A stretch of DNA of 64,000 bases, taken from Takakia lepidozioides. Taxonomy: Eukaryota > Plantae > Bryophyta. Both the position numbers and the translations under genes were made by a program. The DNA lies in the NCBI GenBank assembly GCA_030704615.1, contig CM060733.1, positions 54,188,001 through 54,252,000 of the forward strand. Reading direction: 5' to 3'. Under the pieces are notes generated by a model, which had not been told where the DNA came from, did not search any database, and saw only the letters and a list, made by a program, of their open reading frames with translations. Positions 48,950 to 62,112 of this stretch are shown here, one piece after another (the first letter of the stretch is position 1; each line of letters begins with the position of its first letter).

Positions 48950-50330
48950 TCTACGACAGACAGGTTCGGAATATTTTCATCCTTGAGAAAGTCCTGAGCA
49001 CCATCCTTGATTTCTTGTATTTGGTCCTACCCTAGAAATCTAAATACAATGTTTACAATGGATATTTGCTGGGCTCAATTTCTGCACATTTTCCAGAGTG
49101 TGAATGGCTAAGGATTGTCCCCCCTCCATGAGTTCACTTAAAAGAATCATAATGACAACGCTGCCACTTCTGCATCACTTAGTGATGAGGAGATTCATGA
49201 GTATATAATTTCTTTTGCCTTAGGTGCAGAGGCCAGAAAAAAATCGTTGACGATCGTGGCTTTCTTTGCTGCAAGGTAGTACAGACTCATATTCCCTTGA
49301 GGAACTTGTAAGAAAAAATTGTACCTGTAGACAATCCTTATCATAATTCCTTCCCCGTTGAGTTGGCTGTCGAAGTCATTTGATTTGTTGATGCCACCAT
49401 CCCTAGAAAACCCTCTATAGAAACAGTGCTGCCACACCAGCCACTTCTATTTCTAAATGTAGGTCTCTTGTGTCATTTTAGCGCAACCATGGTAATATGA
49501 TAATCCTTAAACTGTTAGACCAAAACGAGTAGTGAACCGGTGCACTGTGGGTACACCTTTGCAATCTAGGGTTGCCCATCTTGAAGATAAGAAGAAGTTT
49601 GGTCTTGCAAATTATAAACGAAAGCTTGACACCCCTCCTGGTTAGATGGGGATGCTCAGCGGCCCGATAGAGACAACTTCTCACTGGACCTCGAGGTTCT
49701 CCACTCCATACAATGTCATCTACAAATTCATCTGCCGGTGGATCGTCTTCTAGCCAACCCATTCCTTCATTTCCAACCTGTACAGTTGATTATGTGGAAC
49801 CCATTATGTCAGCTGTGGAAGAGTCCATTTGTTTCGACGTTGTGTGGCATGTAGAGCAGACTCCAATTGGATCTAGAGTGAGTTGTACAACTATTAGGGC
49901 AATTTTTTTGTCAAGTGCACTTCAAAGGTAGCAAAAAATGCTACTGGTACTTCTGCTCCAATGTTCACATAGTTGTTTCGACCATTTGAGACGAGAGCTT
50001 CACAAACTCTGCTTCTGCCTAGATGATTTCACACGTTGTATCTCTGAGACTGTGCATAAGTCCGCTATAATGAAACCTCAACCACCTAATGTCATTTGGC
50101 CAGTAAAGGTAGGAACGTCCATATCTTTACAAGAGATTATTATATTAGATGACATTGGGTTTCTCCTTCCACATTGTCCAATGTTGCCTAAACCTATCCC
50201 AAGTGTCGTTTTGTCTTATGGTCCTCAAGTTCATCCTGTCGATGCCAATTTGAACCATGCGAAAAAGAATGGAAAACAATGCGTCATGTCCAAATCATGA
50301 CTACATGGAGTCAGCAAGATTTTTTTGGGC
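48950..50330 (-). pseudogene. Highly decayed copia-like RT/RNaseH relic
   Basis: Remnants in the expected order: QMTL..GFIIADL (QMDV..AFL.A.L-like), FVDDIV (YVDD-like), SLSDAEVAALS (S..EAE-like), FRFL..DQIQE; many stops. Confidence 0.4.
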
Positions 50331-52141
50331 GCGGGTGATAGGTATCGTGCCTATTCTTCTTCTTGGCTCTGGGCGTGTGTACACATTGGTCACTTCTTGA
50401 TATAAAAAAAACTCATGATATGTTAAATATTGAAAGGCCTACTGCTGATATAAATGTGTACAAGGATGCTTCTCATTGATTTTATTCCTCAAAGTATTCC
50501 TCAAGTTCCTCAAAGTATTGATACCTAGGTTTTCCTCACAAATATGGATATGGTATTGGTATCATGTACCAGATTTTCAACCACCTATCAGACTGGTAGG
50601 GTATCATCCACAATATTAGGAAGCAGATACCAGGCCAATACGGGTATATGCTAGGTAGTGGCCTGAGGTGATACCAGACTGGTATGATATTTCATATCAG
50701 TATACATGCCAGTATTGATACCAGTTTCTTATCGGTAAACGAGACCAACACTGGTTCATACCATTTTCTACGTCAATCAATCTTCCGCTCGTGGCGAAAA
50801 AAAAAAGAATAATAATAAAATTGTGGAAAATCACGATTATCAACGATTGTGCTTTCTCCCCTCTCATGATGGGTGCATGATATTCTCCGGAACTTTTCTG
50901 ATCATTCTGGTCTTTTTCCGCGGTAATCGGCCTTTGGATCTATATCCTCGGGTATAGGCCCTCTTTCTTTATAACAACACCATGCGCTCATGCTTAGCAA
51001 GCGTAAGCCTAGGCTCACGCTTAACGGGTGAAGTGTGAGCCTAGCTCATACGCTCACTGGGCTAGGCTCACACCGGAGCTATGCTGGATGATGATCTCAT
51101 CTATCCAGGAAATTAATGTACATTTGTTCTGACGATTAAAAATTAATCTCCAATTTTTTTTTTTTGGGGGATAAACAGGGGGGAATTTGAATCTCACTGG
51201 CGTTCAACATCGCTGTTTGACAATGCACGTAAAAGGCATAAATGTGCGACGAGGCATGCATGTATGACAACCCTCACGATTTGGATGCATGTATCATGGT
51301 GGTGCACTTCATGTATTTCATGCATGAAGGGAGGGGAGCCGGACGTGGGAGGAAGTAGAGGCCTGGTTGTGGCGACCGCGGGCCGCGGCGTTGCTGCCAA
51401 GGGGGGTGGAGCAGGGGGTGAGGGCCAGGCCACGTATGCACACCCGCCCAGGCCGCATTCAACTTCTAGGCCTTTTCTATTACTTGGCAATGCATAGGGT
51501 GGTTCCACATCTCTTGTAATTGCATAATGTATAATGTCTCTTTAAAAATATGGTACTAGAATATATGCTGCCATAAAAGATAGGGTTAAAATATTTTATA
51601 ATAAAGTTAATCAGGGCTGCAATCCCTAAGAAAAAAAAAAGAGGGGATTATTCCATACTGGTATGTCCATTTTGGCATACCAAACTGGTCTTGGTACGCC
51701 TAATGGACCTCTAAGGGCCATGTAGATCCAATGGCGTGGGTAGGGTACATGGCTGGTATGAATATGTAGAGCAGTTCCATTCGGGCCCTATACATTCTAG
51801 AGTGGTCCAGGAATTACTGTGGCCCGGGAATTAGAGGGGAGGCTTATGTAGTAAGGGAATGTGTATTAAGGAACGAGATCAAGGGGTCCAAAAAAAGAAG
51901 GGAGGAACGCGAGATGTATTAAATTGGCCAAATTTAGATAGGGACTCTTGTAGGGCTGACATGTGTCCAAGGCCTTCTAGAAGGTCCCAGGGTCGGAAGG
52001 TCCCACCGCCATGAGAGGGTTGGGAGGCCCCCTTTTACTACCTACTAACTTACTACTTCCTAAATTAGTAAGCAGTGGCCCCCCAAAAGAAACAGCAAAC
52101 ATGAATCTATTAATTAATAGAAACCACAATACCCACCATGA

Positions 52142-52390
52142 ACACGCATTGACTATAATGCACATCAGTTGGTAACTCAGCCGGTAGGTGCACAGTGTGT
52201 TGCCATGTGGTTCGGGGCTCAAACCAGCTGCCCTTCCTGGTGTGCGGATCGTTCGTGACCAGTTGGTCTATTGGTGACCTTCCCACCTGTGTGCCTAAGA
52301 CAGGGGATTAATTTTTCCCCCTCCTTAAGGGCCTGAGTTGTGAGCAGTCGCTCCCAGGTTTCTTTTTGAAAAAGAAAAAGAAAAAGAAAG
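52142..52390 (+). mobile_element. tRNA-derived SINE (subfamily 2)
   Basis: Head TAACTCAGCCGG...TTGCCAT...GGGGCTCAAACC; 3' AGGGCCTGA..GAGCAGTCGCTCCCAGG plus A-rich tail. Confidence 0.75.
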
Positions 52391-52882
52391 AAATTAAAAA
52401 ATCATAATATTGCCATGTGTCCCCTATTTTTTATATCTTTGTAAAAAATAGCAAAGATATAATGCTATTTTTTATATTGCACAAATGTGAATGAGGATAA
52501 GCACAAAGAAATTGTATCATTACACATACCCATGCTAGCTTGGGTTCATGGGGGTCTCAAGCCGACTATGAAAATAGTTCATACCTGGTATGGTAGGTAG
52601 GAGGGTAGGTCCAATGTTCAAAACCAGGTGTCCAGGGTATAGCCGGGGTATAAGCCCCAAGACATACCCAACTGGTATGTTCTACAATACCCTTACTCAT
52701 ACCATTGCACATACCCAGGCGCAAAGGGATATACCAATACAACACTGGATTATTGCTTTGGTAACTAGGTGGCCTAAATATATTAAAAAGTCAATGGAAA
52801 GAACTTGCGCTTACCGGTAAAAGACAAAGCCATGTAAGTAGCCGACTTATTCTCCAACATCTAGTACACAATACATGAATTG

Positions 52883-53116
52883 TTTTTTTTTTTTTTAAGG
52901 GAAAAACATCTGGGAGCAACAGCTCACCGTCAAATCTGGCCCCTTAATAGTGCGAGGAGAAAATAACCTCTTTCACAGTAACTGCGCCTTGGAGGCGTAG
53001 AATTGGAACACCGCCCAGGGAAGGGGGGAGAAGAGTATACCACACACGTCGATTTGACCCCACAATTATCTGGGTGGTACTCAGTGCACTAAACGACTGA
53101 GCTACTGACTGTTGGA
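52883..53116 (-). mobile_element. tRNA-derived SINE, near full length, poly(A) tail
   Basis: A-box TAGCTCAGTCG, B-box GGGGTCAAATCG; colinear with 61895-62112. Confidence 0.9.
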
Positions 53117-54779
53117 CGAGAAATCCCTCTCATTACCTAGTTTTATACAGGTTGCTCCTTAAAATTTTGTTTTCCATTTTTTCTTTTGATAACAGAAAAA
53201 CAAAGTAAAAAAAAAAAGACTCTGCTAGTAGGCCGCGGCTTCGAGTAGTTGTGCCAACACGAAGAGAGAAAGGTTCTTGTAGGCAAGATATGGTGTGCAG
53301 CCCTACCCTACCCACTGTCACCTCTCTCACTGTTCTCTCACTGCTTGCTGCCTTACTTTTCTAGCTTTTCTGAACGCCATGGCCATGGCGATCGGGTCCC
53401 AGAGAAAGTGTCATCAAGGGAATTTTCTTCTTATGAGCCTGTTCCTCCCGTGCCCCTCAACTTTGTGTCGTGTGGTGGAAGAATATAGATGTTGCTGGAC
53501 GAGCTGTGCAAGGATGGGACTCATCAGCTCGTGACACCAGGCGAACACGGCTATGTCGATTTTGTAAGTTTTCCTTTGTTCTCTTCATTTGAATTGATCC
53601 AAGAATCTCTGCAAATGGCCACAGAATACACAGTTTTTCTGCTCTTTAGATTTTTGAACGTCCAATGGCCTTCGGAATTGCTTTGACCGTTGAAGTACAC
53701 AGTGTTGTCGTCTTTAAGGAAGAAATGAGTCCCTAACGCCGCGGTAATATCAAGGGATTCTGAGGACCTTTGACTGCCGTCTAAATTGCATTCCAACACT
53801 TTGAAGATCTCCTCCTTCAGTGATTTCGAGTGTCGTACATTTTAATAAACTATTTCAGATCGGAACTGCGCCACAAATATTTCTATGTACTCCAATTCTT
53901 GTTCTTTTGGATACGTATCGTTCCAATCAATGGTCTGAATAATGAGACAACCCGTTGAGCACCTAACTTGACAAAGATTAGTATCCAGTTAGAGCAGAGC
54001 ACATAGACAGGGGTGTTCATAGGTTATGGATTGAAATTCTAGGGTACAGGAAAATAATCACCCCTCATGCAGTGTGGTCTTTACAGACATCACCTCCAGA
54101 GGCTATTTCATGGATGTGAACGGTTTTAGCACCAGCTGCAGGGCTGATAATCCTGAAAAACAGCACAATGTACCCCCACCCAAACATACCACTGGGGAGA
54201 AATGACAATCACAGTGAATGTCCATCTCTGTGCTTCCATGGTAGAGGCATATTGGACTGCCAAGGGTTTAGGGTTTATAAGCAGTCCCAACAGACCGGCA
54301 ATTTAGCAGGCTCAAATGCAGTTTGCCAAATCCTGCCAAAAACATCTCCCTGGAAATGTTAGACAGGTTTTGTCACAGTGCATGTAGAAAATAAATTGGC
54401 GTTACCATGAAACTAGCTCATATTTCCCATCATATTCCTTAGTCAATCTCTAATGTACTTTAGCTACTTTAAAGTCAATTTCAAAATTACCATGTTCTGC
54501 ATCTTGTACGACACTCGTTAGTCAAGCTGAGTTAGATACCGCATACCGTGCTGGACTTAGCTGATGCACACAAATTGTGACCTCCGGATTTCTGGGGCAA
54601 AAGAGCGAATTGTTGCAAGTGATATGCCAATATTCTTGGATATGATATTTTGTTCAGCGTGCTACTGATTTGCCCCTGTAACATTGGGCAACATGCTCAC
54701 TATGTTCTCTACTGTCCTTTCACATGACAGGTCATCTGATCAAGGTATGATATGACAGCATTGATGGATTAGCTGGGAT

Positions 54780-57700
54780 ATGAGAGTTATGGAATCAAGC
54801 CATTCCGAAAGAAGAGTAATGGGGGGTGGTATTAGCAGGAGTAGACGAGAAAGGCGACTGCTGAAACTTGACATAGGGGCAGAAACCTGTGATAACCTGC
54901 TGGAACGAACTGGCCAAGAGGGACGAGTAGGAGACCAAATGGACGGGAAGGGCATGAAAGGGAAAGAGGGCAGGTACTTGTACTTCTGGGCTTCTCCTCT
55001 CTCCACTTATCCGTCTGGTTGTTCCTCCTTGCCAAATGTTCCAGAACAGGAACAAAGAGGGCATGGGGAGAGAGAGGGAGGGTCCAGGGAGATGCCCCCA
55101 GCAACAGAGTCAGGGCAGACAACTGTGACTGACGTGGATATGGACAGCCTAGTCTTGTGTGCCTCCAATTTGGCACAACGTGATTTGGCTAGCATGGCAA
55201 TGACTTGTCGACGGTTTCGGGATGCAGCATATTCAGACACTATTTGGGAGCTACAGTGCAGGTTGCCACTGCACTCTCAAATTCCTTTGGTACTAGTAGA
55301 TTGTAGACTTCAGCTTTATCTGGTTCTTGTTATTCTTTTGGGCTGTGTACCCCGTAGTTAGTTGTTTGTTGTTGTTTCTCGGTTTCTCCCCAGGTATTAC
55401 TCGAGCAACCTTGTAACCAAAGTGTCATTTGGTTGTCCATGAACTCTTCAACAATTTTGACCTGATTATTGTAGCATAAACCACTCTGGACTGTTATGTT
55501 TCTGCAGGGACCATGTGATAATGATAGGGCAAGCCATTATCCGCAGGGAGTGATCTAGAAGTAGCTGTTTCCTATCTCAAAGAAGGTGGTGGTTTCAGAT
55601 ATATTACGCCCATAGTTTAGTTTCACACAGGTTTTCTAAAATAGGAGGTACTGAACTCACAGGCAACAATGGCCCCCAAAGGAACTGTGTTGTGGGGGCA
55701 CATTCCAGTACTGTGGAGGGAGGGAGGCCTATGTTGCACGGCATACCGCCATTCAGCAGCTACGGTACACAGATCCAATGGATGTACATTTGCACCTGCT
55801 GCCGATGCCTGTCAGCCATCTCTTGCTAGATGACGACACTGTCATTGTTGCCCAGGTTAGTCTTATACGGACAAGCCTCATCTTAGTCAGAGTTTGATGG
55901 TTGTATTGGTATTCTATGGGTTATTGGAGGCTTCTCCATGCGTTGTCAGGAAAATGTATGTGCTTACTAGATATTCCACCCAGAGTTGCTTTTGCATTGA
56001 AGGACCAGAAATTGACAGTTTCTCTCTTGATGTCTTAGATGAGAGGGAGAGAGAAGAAGACAGGAGAAAACGGGTACAACATGGGTGGGTGAAAGAGAGA
56101 TTTAGGGGCAGTTGCATGCCCCGTAGCATTGAACAGGCTTTTTATTATTCAGTGCTTGAAACAGGGCCCCATTATAACAGTTTGGAAGGTTACGCCCTCA
56201 TCAGAGGGGCACATGGAGGCACCCATTGTCTCTCAAGCACTGAGGGATCACAATGCTCGAATCACATGCATGAGGTATCTTTAGCAAACTCCTTTGTCGG
56301 TGTGCGCAGAGAGAGGAAGAGAGAATGCTGGGTGGAGGTACTATGGGGCAGGAGATAGACAAACACATGGACAAAAAGGCAAGAGGGACATATCCCTCGT
56401 ATGAAAAGGAAAGGGACAGGGGGTGTGAGAAGAGGTTGACAAGCAATTCTTCAATGTCTATTTGTCTTGAAAGGTTGCTAACATGTGGGCGTGCAGGTTG
56501 GTACCTGTGGGAGCACTGGGGGCTCTACGTAACTTTTCAGGTGGAGCTAGCAACTTTCTCATTACATCCAGCTGTGACCACACAATTCGTTTGTGGGGTA
56601 AGGTAAATAATTTTGTCCTCTATTTAAGGGCCTACTTCAACTCGGTTGTCTTTGTATATGCTGTCCTTCATTCTCTTTGTATTACCCCTGGGGACGGTAT
56701 AGATTCTCTCTTTCTTTCTTTCTTTCTACATTTTGTTTCAATTTTTTAACAGACTGTACCTTATGCTAAATCAATGTAAAGTGGTATGATGCTTATTGTC
56801 TGTCTGTTCTCTCTTTTGGTTGTTCAATACTTCAGTATACACTTCAGTCCAAGGGGGATTGGGGGGAGAAGGGATGGGTTGAGAAGTAGGGTAGAGGGAC
56901 CTTGGTTGGAGGTAGGCTAAATAATTGCATAACATTGAGGTTAGCTAAACATATTCTGCAGTGCCTCAACATTTGCGTAAGACCATTCTTTGTTTCTTGT
57001 GTCTCCCTCTCTCCTGTGGGACGCTTTCTGCCTGCTTGCCTGCCTGCCTTGTTGAGTAGCACTGTGGGCCTCCTTTTCTAAGGATCACGTTGTTTTTCAG
57101 GGGTAGGGTGTGAAAAGGTGCATAAGATCTACATCCACTTTTGACCTCTGTAAGATACAAAACTAATGCATTCTGAGTTGACTCTACAGGGCCGTTCTTT
57201 GCGCACACTACGAGGTCATCAAGGTCCAGTGAGCACACTGGCAGATCGATTGGTTGGCAAGGATGGATCTCCGCCAGTTCTAGCTAGTGGTGGTGCAGAT
57301 GGCACAGTTCGGTTATGGGGTCTAACATCCTCAAGTAGCAACAGAGGACGTTCCCCACTTTTAGCAACAATGCATGGGCACGAACAGTCTGTGAAGGAGC
57401 TTACAGTGGCTGGGTACTTTTCCCTACAGATGTGTTCTATTTGTTGGTGTTCTTCTAAACAGCTGTATTTGTGGGAATTCTGTGTCTATTTATATCATTT
57501 TTGTTGCAGGTTTTCTTGACCTCTTGTTTCTTTCCCTTATGGTGTATTTCCTTTGTGATTTGCACCTCTTAGGAACCCCGCAATGGCACATACAAGAGGG
57601 GGCAATTGTTGTCAATTGGCCTCAATGAAGGTATTGCAACCTAAGTATCTGCGGTCACACATCTAATGTACACTTATGGTAGTGATGGCTGGTTAAGGGA

Positions 57701-59325
57701 GGTGTTAAGGGTTTATTTATCTGACTGGTCCTGGAACTGACTGTGCTGCATGCTTCTTACTGCAGACACAACTCTTCTCTTTTGGTGAGTGCAGCAATGG
57801 CAACGAAGGACTCGAAGGTGATATTCTCCCCGTGTCTTTCTATTTTCCCACACACTTATCTTGATGTGAATCGATTAATCTCCATTAAATGTAGGCGATG
57901 CGGGAATACAGAGAGTAGAGAGGTTTTCACAACAATGCTTGCATTGGGTAGGTGCTAGTCTACTTTGAAGGACATGCGGAAAGTTTCTGATTTAATCAGA
58001 CCACTCTGGAACAAGCTTCTTCACCTACTTTTTCAACCTCCACTACTTCAGCCTGAGGATTCAGCAACCTGATATGGACATGAAAGTGAAAACAGGTGGG
58101 GGTTCAGATTGACCGTCCAGGGATAAAAGGAGAAGACTACCTTAGTGTATGTCCACCATCTTAATTTTACATCTGAGTCAATTAGTAGCAAAAGCTATCA
58201 GGCAGTTCTGAAGGTCCCATTCAAAGCATGTATGTTCCATAAATATGATGGAATCCCACTTATCTTACCTCTTCACTGCAGGTACGAGTGTGGGATGTCA
58301 TGACAACGTTGTCAGTTGGAGCAGGCACCTGTGTGGGGACTACCCGAGGGACCTTGGGGGTGACCAGTGGTCTCAAGTGCGAGGGTTCTTTGTGTTATGT
58401 GGGAGTGGGCTCAGCAGTAACTGCCATTGATCTCCGAACGATGCGAACGGTTGCAACTGTTGCAACCCATGAGTCCAGCATCTTGACTTTTGCCATCGCT
58501 CCGTCCGGAGTGGGAATTTGCACTGGAGGCTGTGACAGGTACTACCGACTCTTTCTATAGATGTTTTTTGCCTGGAGGGAAGGTTTGTGTCGTACATGGA
58601 TCTGATGGGGCCACAATGCAAGCACTGAGGAATATACAATGACACCTCTTATGCCCCCCTCCCACCAAGGGAGTATGCCCAGAGAATAAGTCCTCGAGCG
58701 GGCATATGACTATCAATGTTTTGAATCCCTGGATCATGCTTTGATGTCTCTCCTGCTTTCCACTAGTTCATGGTTTTGCCATTGCCAGGGTTGCACCTAA
58801 ACCTAGGGTTTTCCCCCCTTCTAGGTAGCAGTTGCTAGATATCTCTAGGTTCCTTCCCATTTCATTCCCCTTGAGTTCACAGCTTCTTATAATTGTTTCA
58901 GTTGTGTATTGATGGACAGAACGGCAAAACTATGGGATCTCCGGAAGTGCGAAGCTTGTCCTGACCCATGGGCAGTGTTGGGAAACCATGCGGGACCTGT
59001 GCACTGTCTGCACTATGATTCTTACAAAATAATATCTGGGGGCCACAGTGATCGTCACGTTCGTGTCTGGAATGCTCAAACTAGTGATGAGATATCGACT
59101 CTTGATTGTGCTCTGGCAGTATCTAATTCTGGGAATATTGGAGTCAGTGCTCTGGTTGCTGAGAAGGGGAAGCTTGTGACGGGCACATGTGGTGAAGATC
59201 CGGGAGTTGTACGAGTGAGAGATTTTTCAAATTGTGCCAACCTTATGGTTGATGTTGTAGAAATCGGATCCACAGAGCATCCCAGCTCCAAGTTTTGGGA
59301 AACTAGCTTTGATTCAGTTACGTGA
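54780..59325 (+). CDS. F-box/WD40-repeat protein, 8 coding exons (start codon uncertain)
   Basis: F-box VTDVDMDSLVLCASNL..DLASMAMTCRRFRDAAYSDTIW. Approximate exons 54780-55261, 55663-55855, 56166-56273, 56498-56601, 57190-57413, 57766-57817, 58282-58538, 58920-59325. WD repeats DHNARITCM..SSCDHTIRLW, GHQGPV..SGGADGTVRLW, GHEQSV..DSKVRVWD, DRTAKLWD, HAGPV..DRHVRVWN. A probable 5'UTR intron spans 53564-54730. Confidence 0.9.
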
Positions 59326-60222
59326 TGGGTCATCTTCAGGAAGTGGAACAGAATCCTTTCCCTTTCTCTTGTTTTTGTATACATAGAGGGAGGACTTCTT
59401 ATTCTCCCTTTCTTCCGAAAGGTTATTGTAGGATATTTATGTAAAAAAGCAGTCATGTGCTTTATAACATTGGAGTGTGCTGCAGATGAAGAGACCCTCC
59501 AATGTGCGGTGGTTTGTCTCTCATGCTCCACCAACTAGACGAGCGCATAAACCAGCAAATAAGATGTCTCATGTGCCGTTGGGGTCCCCTGTCAATGGTA
59601 TTATTTCTTCTTTCTTCTTGTCTGTGGGAGAGCCATGGCAGGTCTTCATGTGCAGCAACCAGACGAGTCAATTTGAAATGGAAAGCATTACATTAAAGAG
59701 GCCGGGGAACCTGTACGTCAAACAAAACCCAAATGACGAGATTGACACAGACAATGGTAAGCCAAGCAGCGTTAGCAGTTACAACCATACCAGGAGTGTT
59801 GCAGGAATTTAGAGATGAGTACTACCTACGAGACTCGCCTCAGTCTCAATGGTGTGCGTGCAGAAAGTGTGAGCATGATTGTCTAGAGACCACAGGGATT
59901 GCATGTTTCTTCCTGGTTTCTCTTTCTCTTTATTTATGGATTGACATAGCTATTTGATTTGGTGGGTTACAAAGGAATCCATGTGGCGGAAGATGGCCTC
60001 AAACTATGTCAGATTTACTGTGTCAATGCATTGTTTTAGCAGTGGTGGTGGGACAGTCAATGTTTCCCAAATATTAATTGTTTTTCTTTTTGGATAAGGG
60101 AAAAATAAAAAGCCTGTGAGGCAAAAAAAAAAAATTGTTTTTGGTACTCAATGTACTTTATTCCTTGATATGCAATTTGTTTTTTCTTTTTGAGTAGGAG
60201 GGGAGGAAGATGCATTTTAGAT

Positions 60223-61340
60223 TTGTTTTTTTTAAAGGAAAGGGACGGTTGCCCTTTAATCGAATTAAATAAAGTAAATAGTCACATCAATGGAAAAAAT
60301 AACCACTGTAGAGGCCATGAAGGCTAACTGCGGGGAAACTTCCCTGTAACCCTAGCAAACTAGCGCTAAGCAGGTACGATTGGAGGGGTGAGCTTGAGGA
60401 GATCAGAGAAGATTTAGGAGGGAGAGAAGGTGTTGGGGGGAGCTTGATAGAAGGAGGGGTTGGGGGAAGAAGGTTTTTTGGGGACAGATGACAGCAGTTT
60501 TGAAATTGTTCTAAAGGCAGGTAACTACTGCCAAAGGCGAAGGAGAGGAAGAAAAGCAGCTGGAGAGCTCAGAATTTCAACTGTGTTTTCAGCTTAGTAT
60601 CTCTAGCTCGTTTGTGGCGCCAGTTGAAATCAGCTTCATCTCCCTCACCAGGAGACCTCCCATTGTGGGGGGGCGGTGTCTTGCCAACGAAAGTGTCGGT
60701 GGACCGAGCAGGTTGATTTTACCCCAGGACTGATGGAAATCTTGAAGCAACTTCCTCCCGCGTTGTTCATTAACTCTGGGAATAGCTGCACATAGTTGGC
60801 CCCAAGCTTTCGTCCCCTCAATAACCATATCATGAAGTATGAAACAAAACAGATCTGTCTCTGGGGGCTTTACCCTCAAATACCCAAGCACATCTAGCTT
60901 TCCACATATTCCATAAAGTGTGAACTCTAATGGAAGCCCAAATTGGGCAAGCATTGTGCGAGCTGGAAGGAAATTTAAGAGAGGGAGGGAGGGAGGGAGG
61001 GAGGGAGGGAGGGAGGGAGGGGGAGGGAGGGGGAGGGAGGGGGAAGGAGTTCCAGTTAGAATAGAAGGCAAGCACTTGAGTCCCTATTCTTTTAGACAGT
61101 GTGCAGAAAACGAGACAATGCTCGGTTGTCTCTGGCTCAGAAAGACCCAAGGTGCACACTGGTGAATCTGTATGCGTTGCCTATCTTCGTGGAAGAATCC
61201 TGTGTTCCATAAGAAGCCCGATACTTTTGCTGCTTTTGCTGCACGGTCCTTTCTCCAGACATCTTTCCAGATTTTGACCCAGTGGGGCCTGCGTAAGGTG
61301 GTGGTGACTTCATTTAGATGACCATTTAGCAAGGAACGAA
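60223..61340 (-). mobile_element. 5'-truncated L1-type LINE (zf-RVT region, 3'UTR and poly(A))
   Basis: WVKIWKDVW....AKVSGFLW...CTLG..EPETTEHCLVFC...WASIRVHTLWNMWKARCAWVFEG; 3' end TTAAAGGGCAACCGTCCCTTTCCTTTAAAAAAAA. Confidence 0.88.
60981..61046. repeat. (GGGA)n microsatellite inside the LINE
   Basis: GAGGGAGGGAGGG... tract. Confidence 0.95.
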
Positions 61341-61395
61341 GATGAAGACTTTCAGCTCATCTATATAGCATTTAAGCATGTATCTCACTATAATT

Positions 61396-61456
61396 AAGGG
61401 GCCTGAATTTTGGGCAGTCGCTCCCGGGTATTGTTTTTTCAAAAAAAAGAAAAACA
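61396..61456 (+). mobile_element. Isolated SINE 3' end
   Basis: AAGGGGCCTGA...GCAGTCGCTCCCGGG plus A tail, matching 52327-52375. Confidence 0.65.
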
Positions 61457-61855
61457 AGTGAGGTCTTATCATTCTGGGCTTTTGCAGGTTCTATTTTTTT
61501 TTCCCTCTCTCTTATTAATAAAGCTCTTTGCTCTTCCCCAACCAAAAGAAAAGAGCTTCAAAGTTTTTCATAATTAATATTTATCCCTTATCAAGATTGA
61601 GGCTAATTTCCCTTTTGCCCCACCACATGGGCAGCCCCTCTTGTGTCCCGACCCCCACCCTCAAGGCAAAGGGCCGTGACACAATTATACCAGTTATCAA
61701 TGTACTTATAAATCAATATCTTATACTATACTTATATATGTACAGTCAAACCTGGATAAATGTTATGCTCCAAGAGTAGGAACTCTATAACAATTAGGCA
61801 GTTATATGAAATAACAGTAAAACAGGTCGAAATTTCATAACCTAACAATTAGAAA

Positions 61856-61860
<5 letters not shown>

Positions 61861-61897
<37 letters not shown>

Positions 61898-62112
61898 GAA
61901 ACACCTGGGAGCAACGGCTCACGAATCAGGCCCCTTGATAGAGAGAGGAGAAAATAACCTCTCAGTAACCTCGCCGTAAGGCTTTCTGATGCGACACCGC
62001 GCAGAGAAAGGGGAGAAGAGTGTACCACACCCATCAAGTAGCAGGATTTGACCCCAGGGTCATCCGGGTGGCACTCAGTGCACTTTACCAACTGAGCTAC
62101 TAACTGTTGGTT
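61861..62112 (-). mobile_element. Full-length tRNA-derived SINE with (TA)n tail
   Basis: Minus strand: A-box TAGCTCAGTTGG, TGCCAC anticodon-loop-like segment, B-box GGGGTCAAATCC, ~140-bp body, (TA)17. A 17-bp near-duplicate TAACA(G/T)TAAAACAGGTC sits at 61812 and 62113. Confidence 0.9.

Noticed and set aside
11911-59325. Functional cell-cycle cluster (SWI1, Aurora, F-box/WD40)
   Set aside because: The genes are 12-22 kb apart with TE-rich spacers; co-location is plausible by chance without synteny or co-expression data.
60589-61165. Pro-rich and Gly/Arg-rich ORFs
   Set aside because: Artefacts of the (GGGA)n tract inside the LINE.
62030-62110. tRNA gene
   Set aside because: A/B boxes are present but there is no proper acceptor stem, and it is attached to a repeated body and tail, so it is a SINE head.
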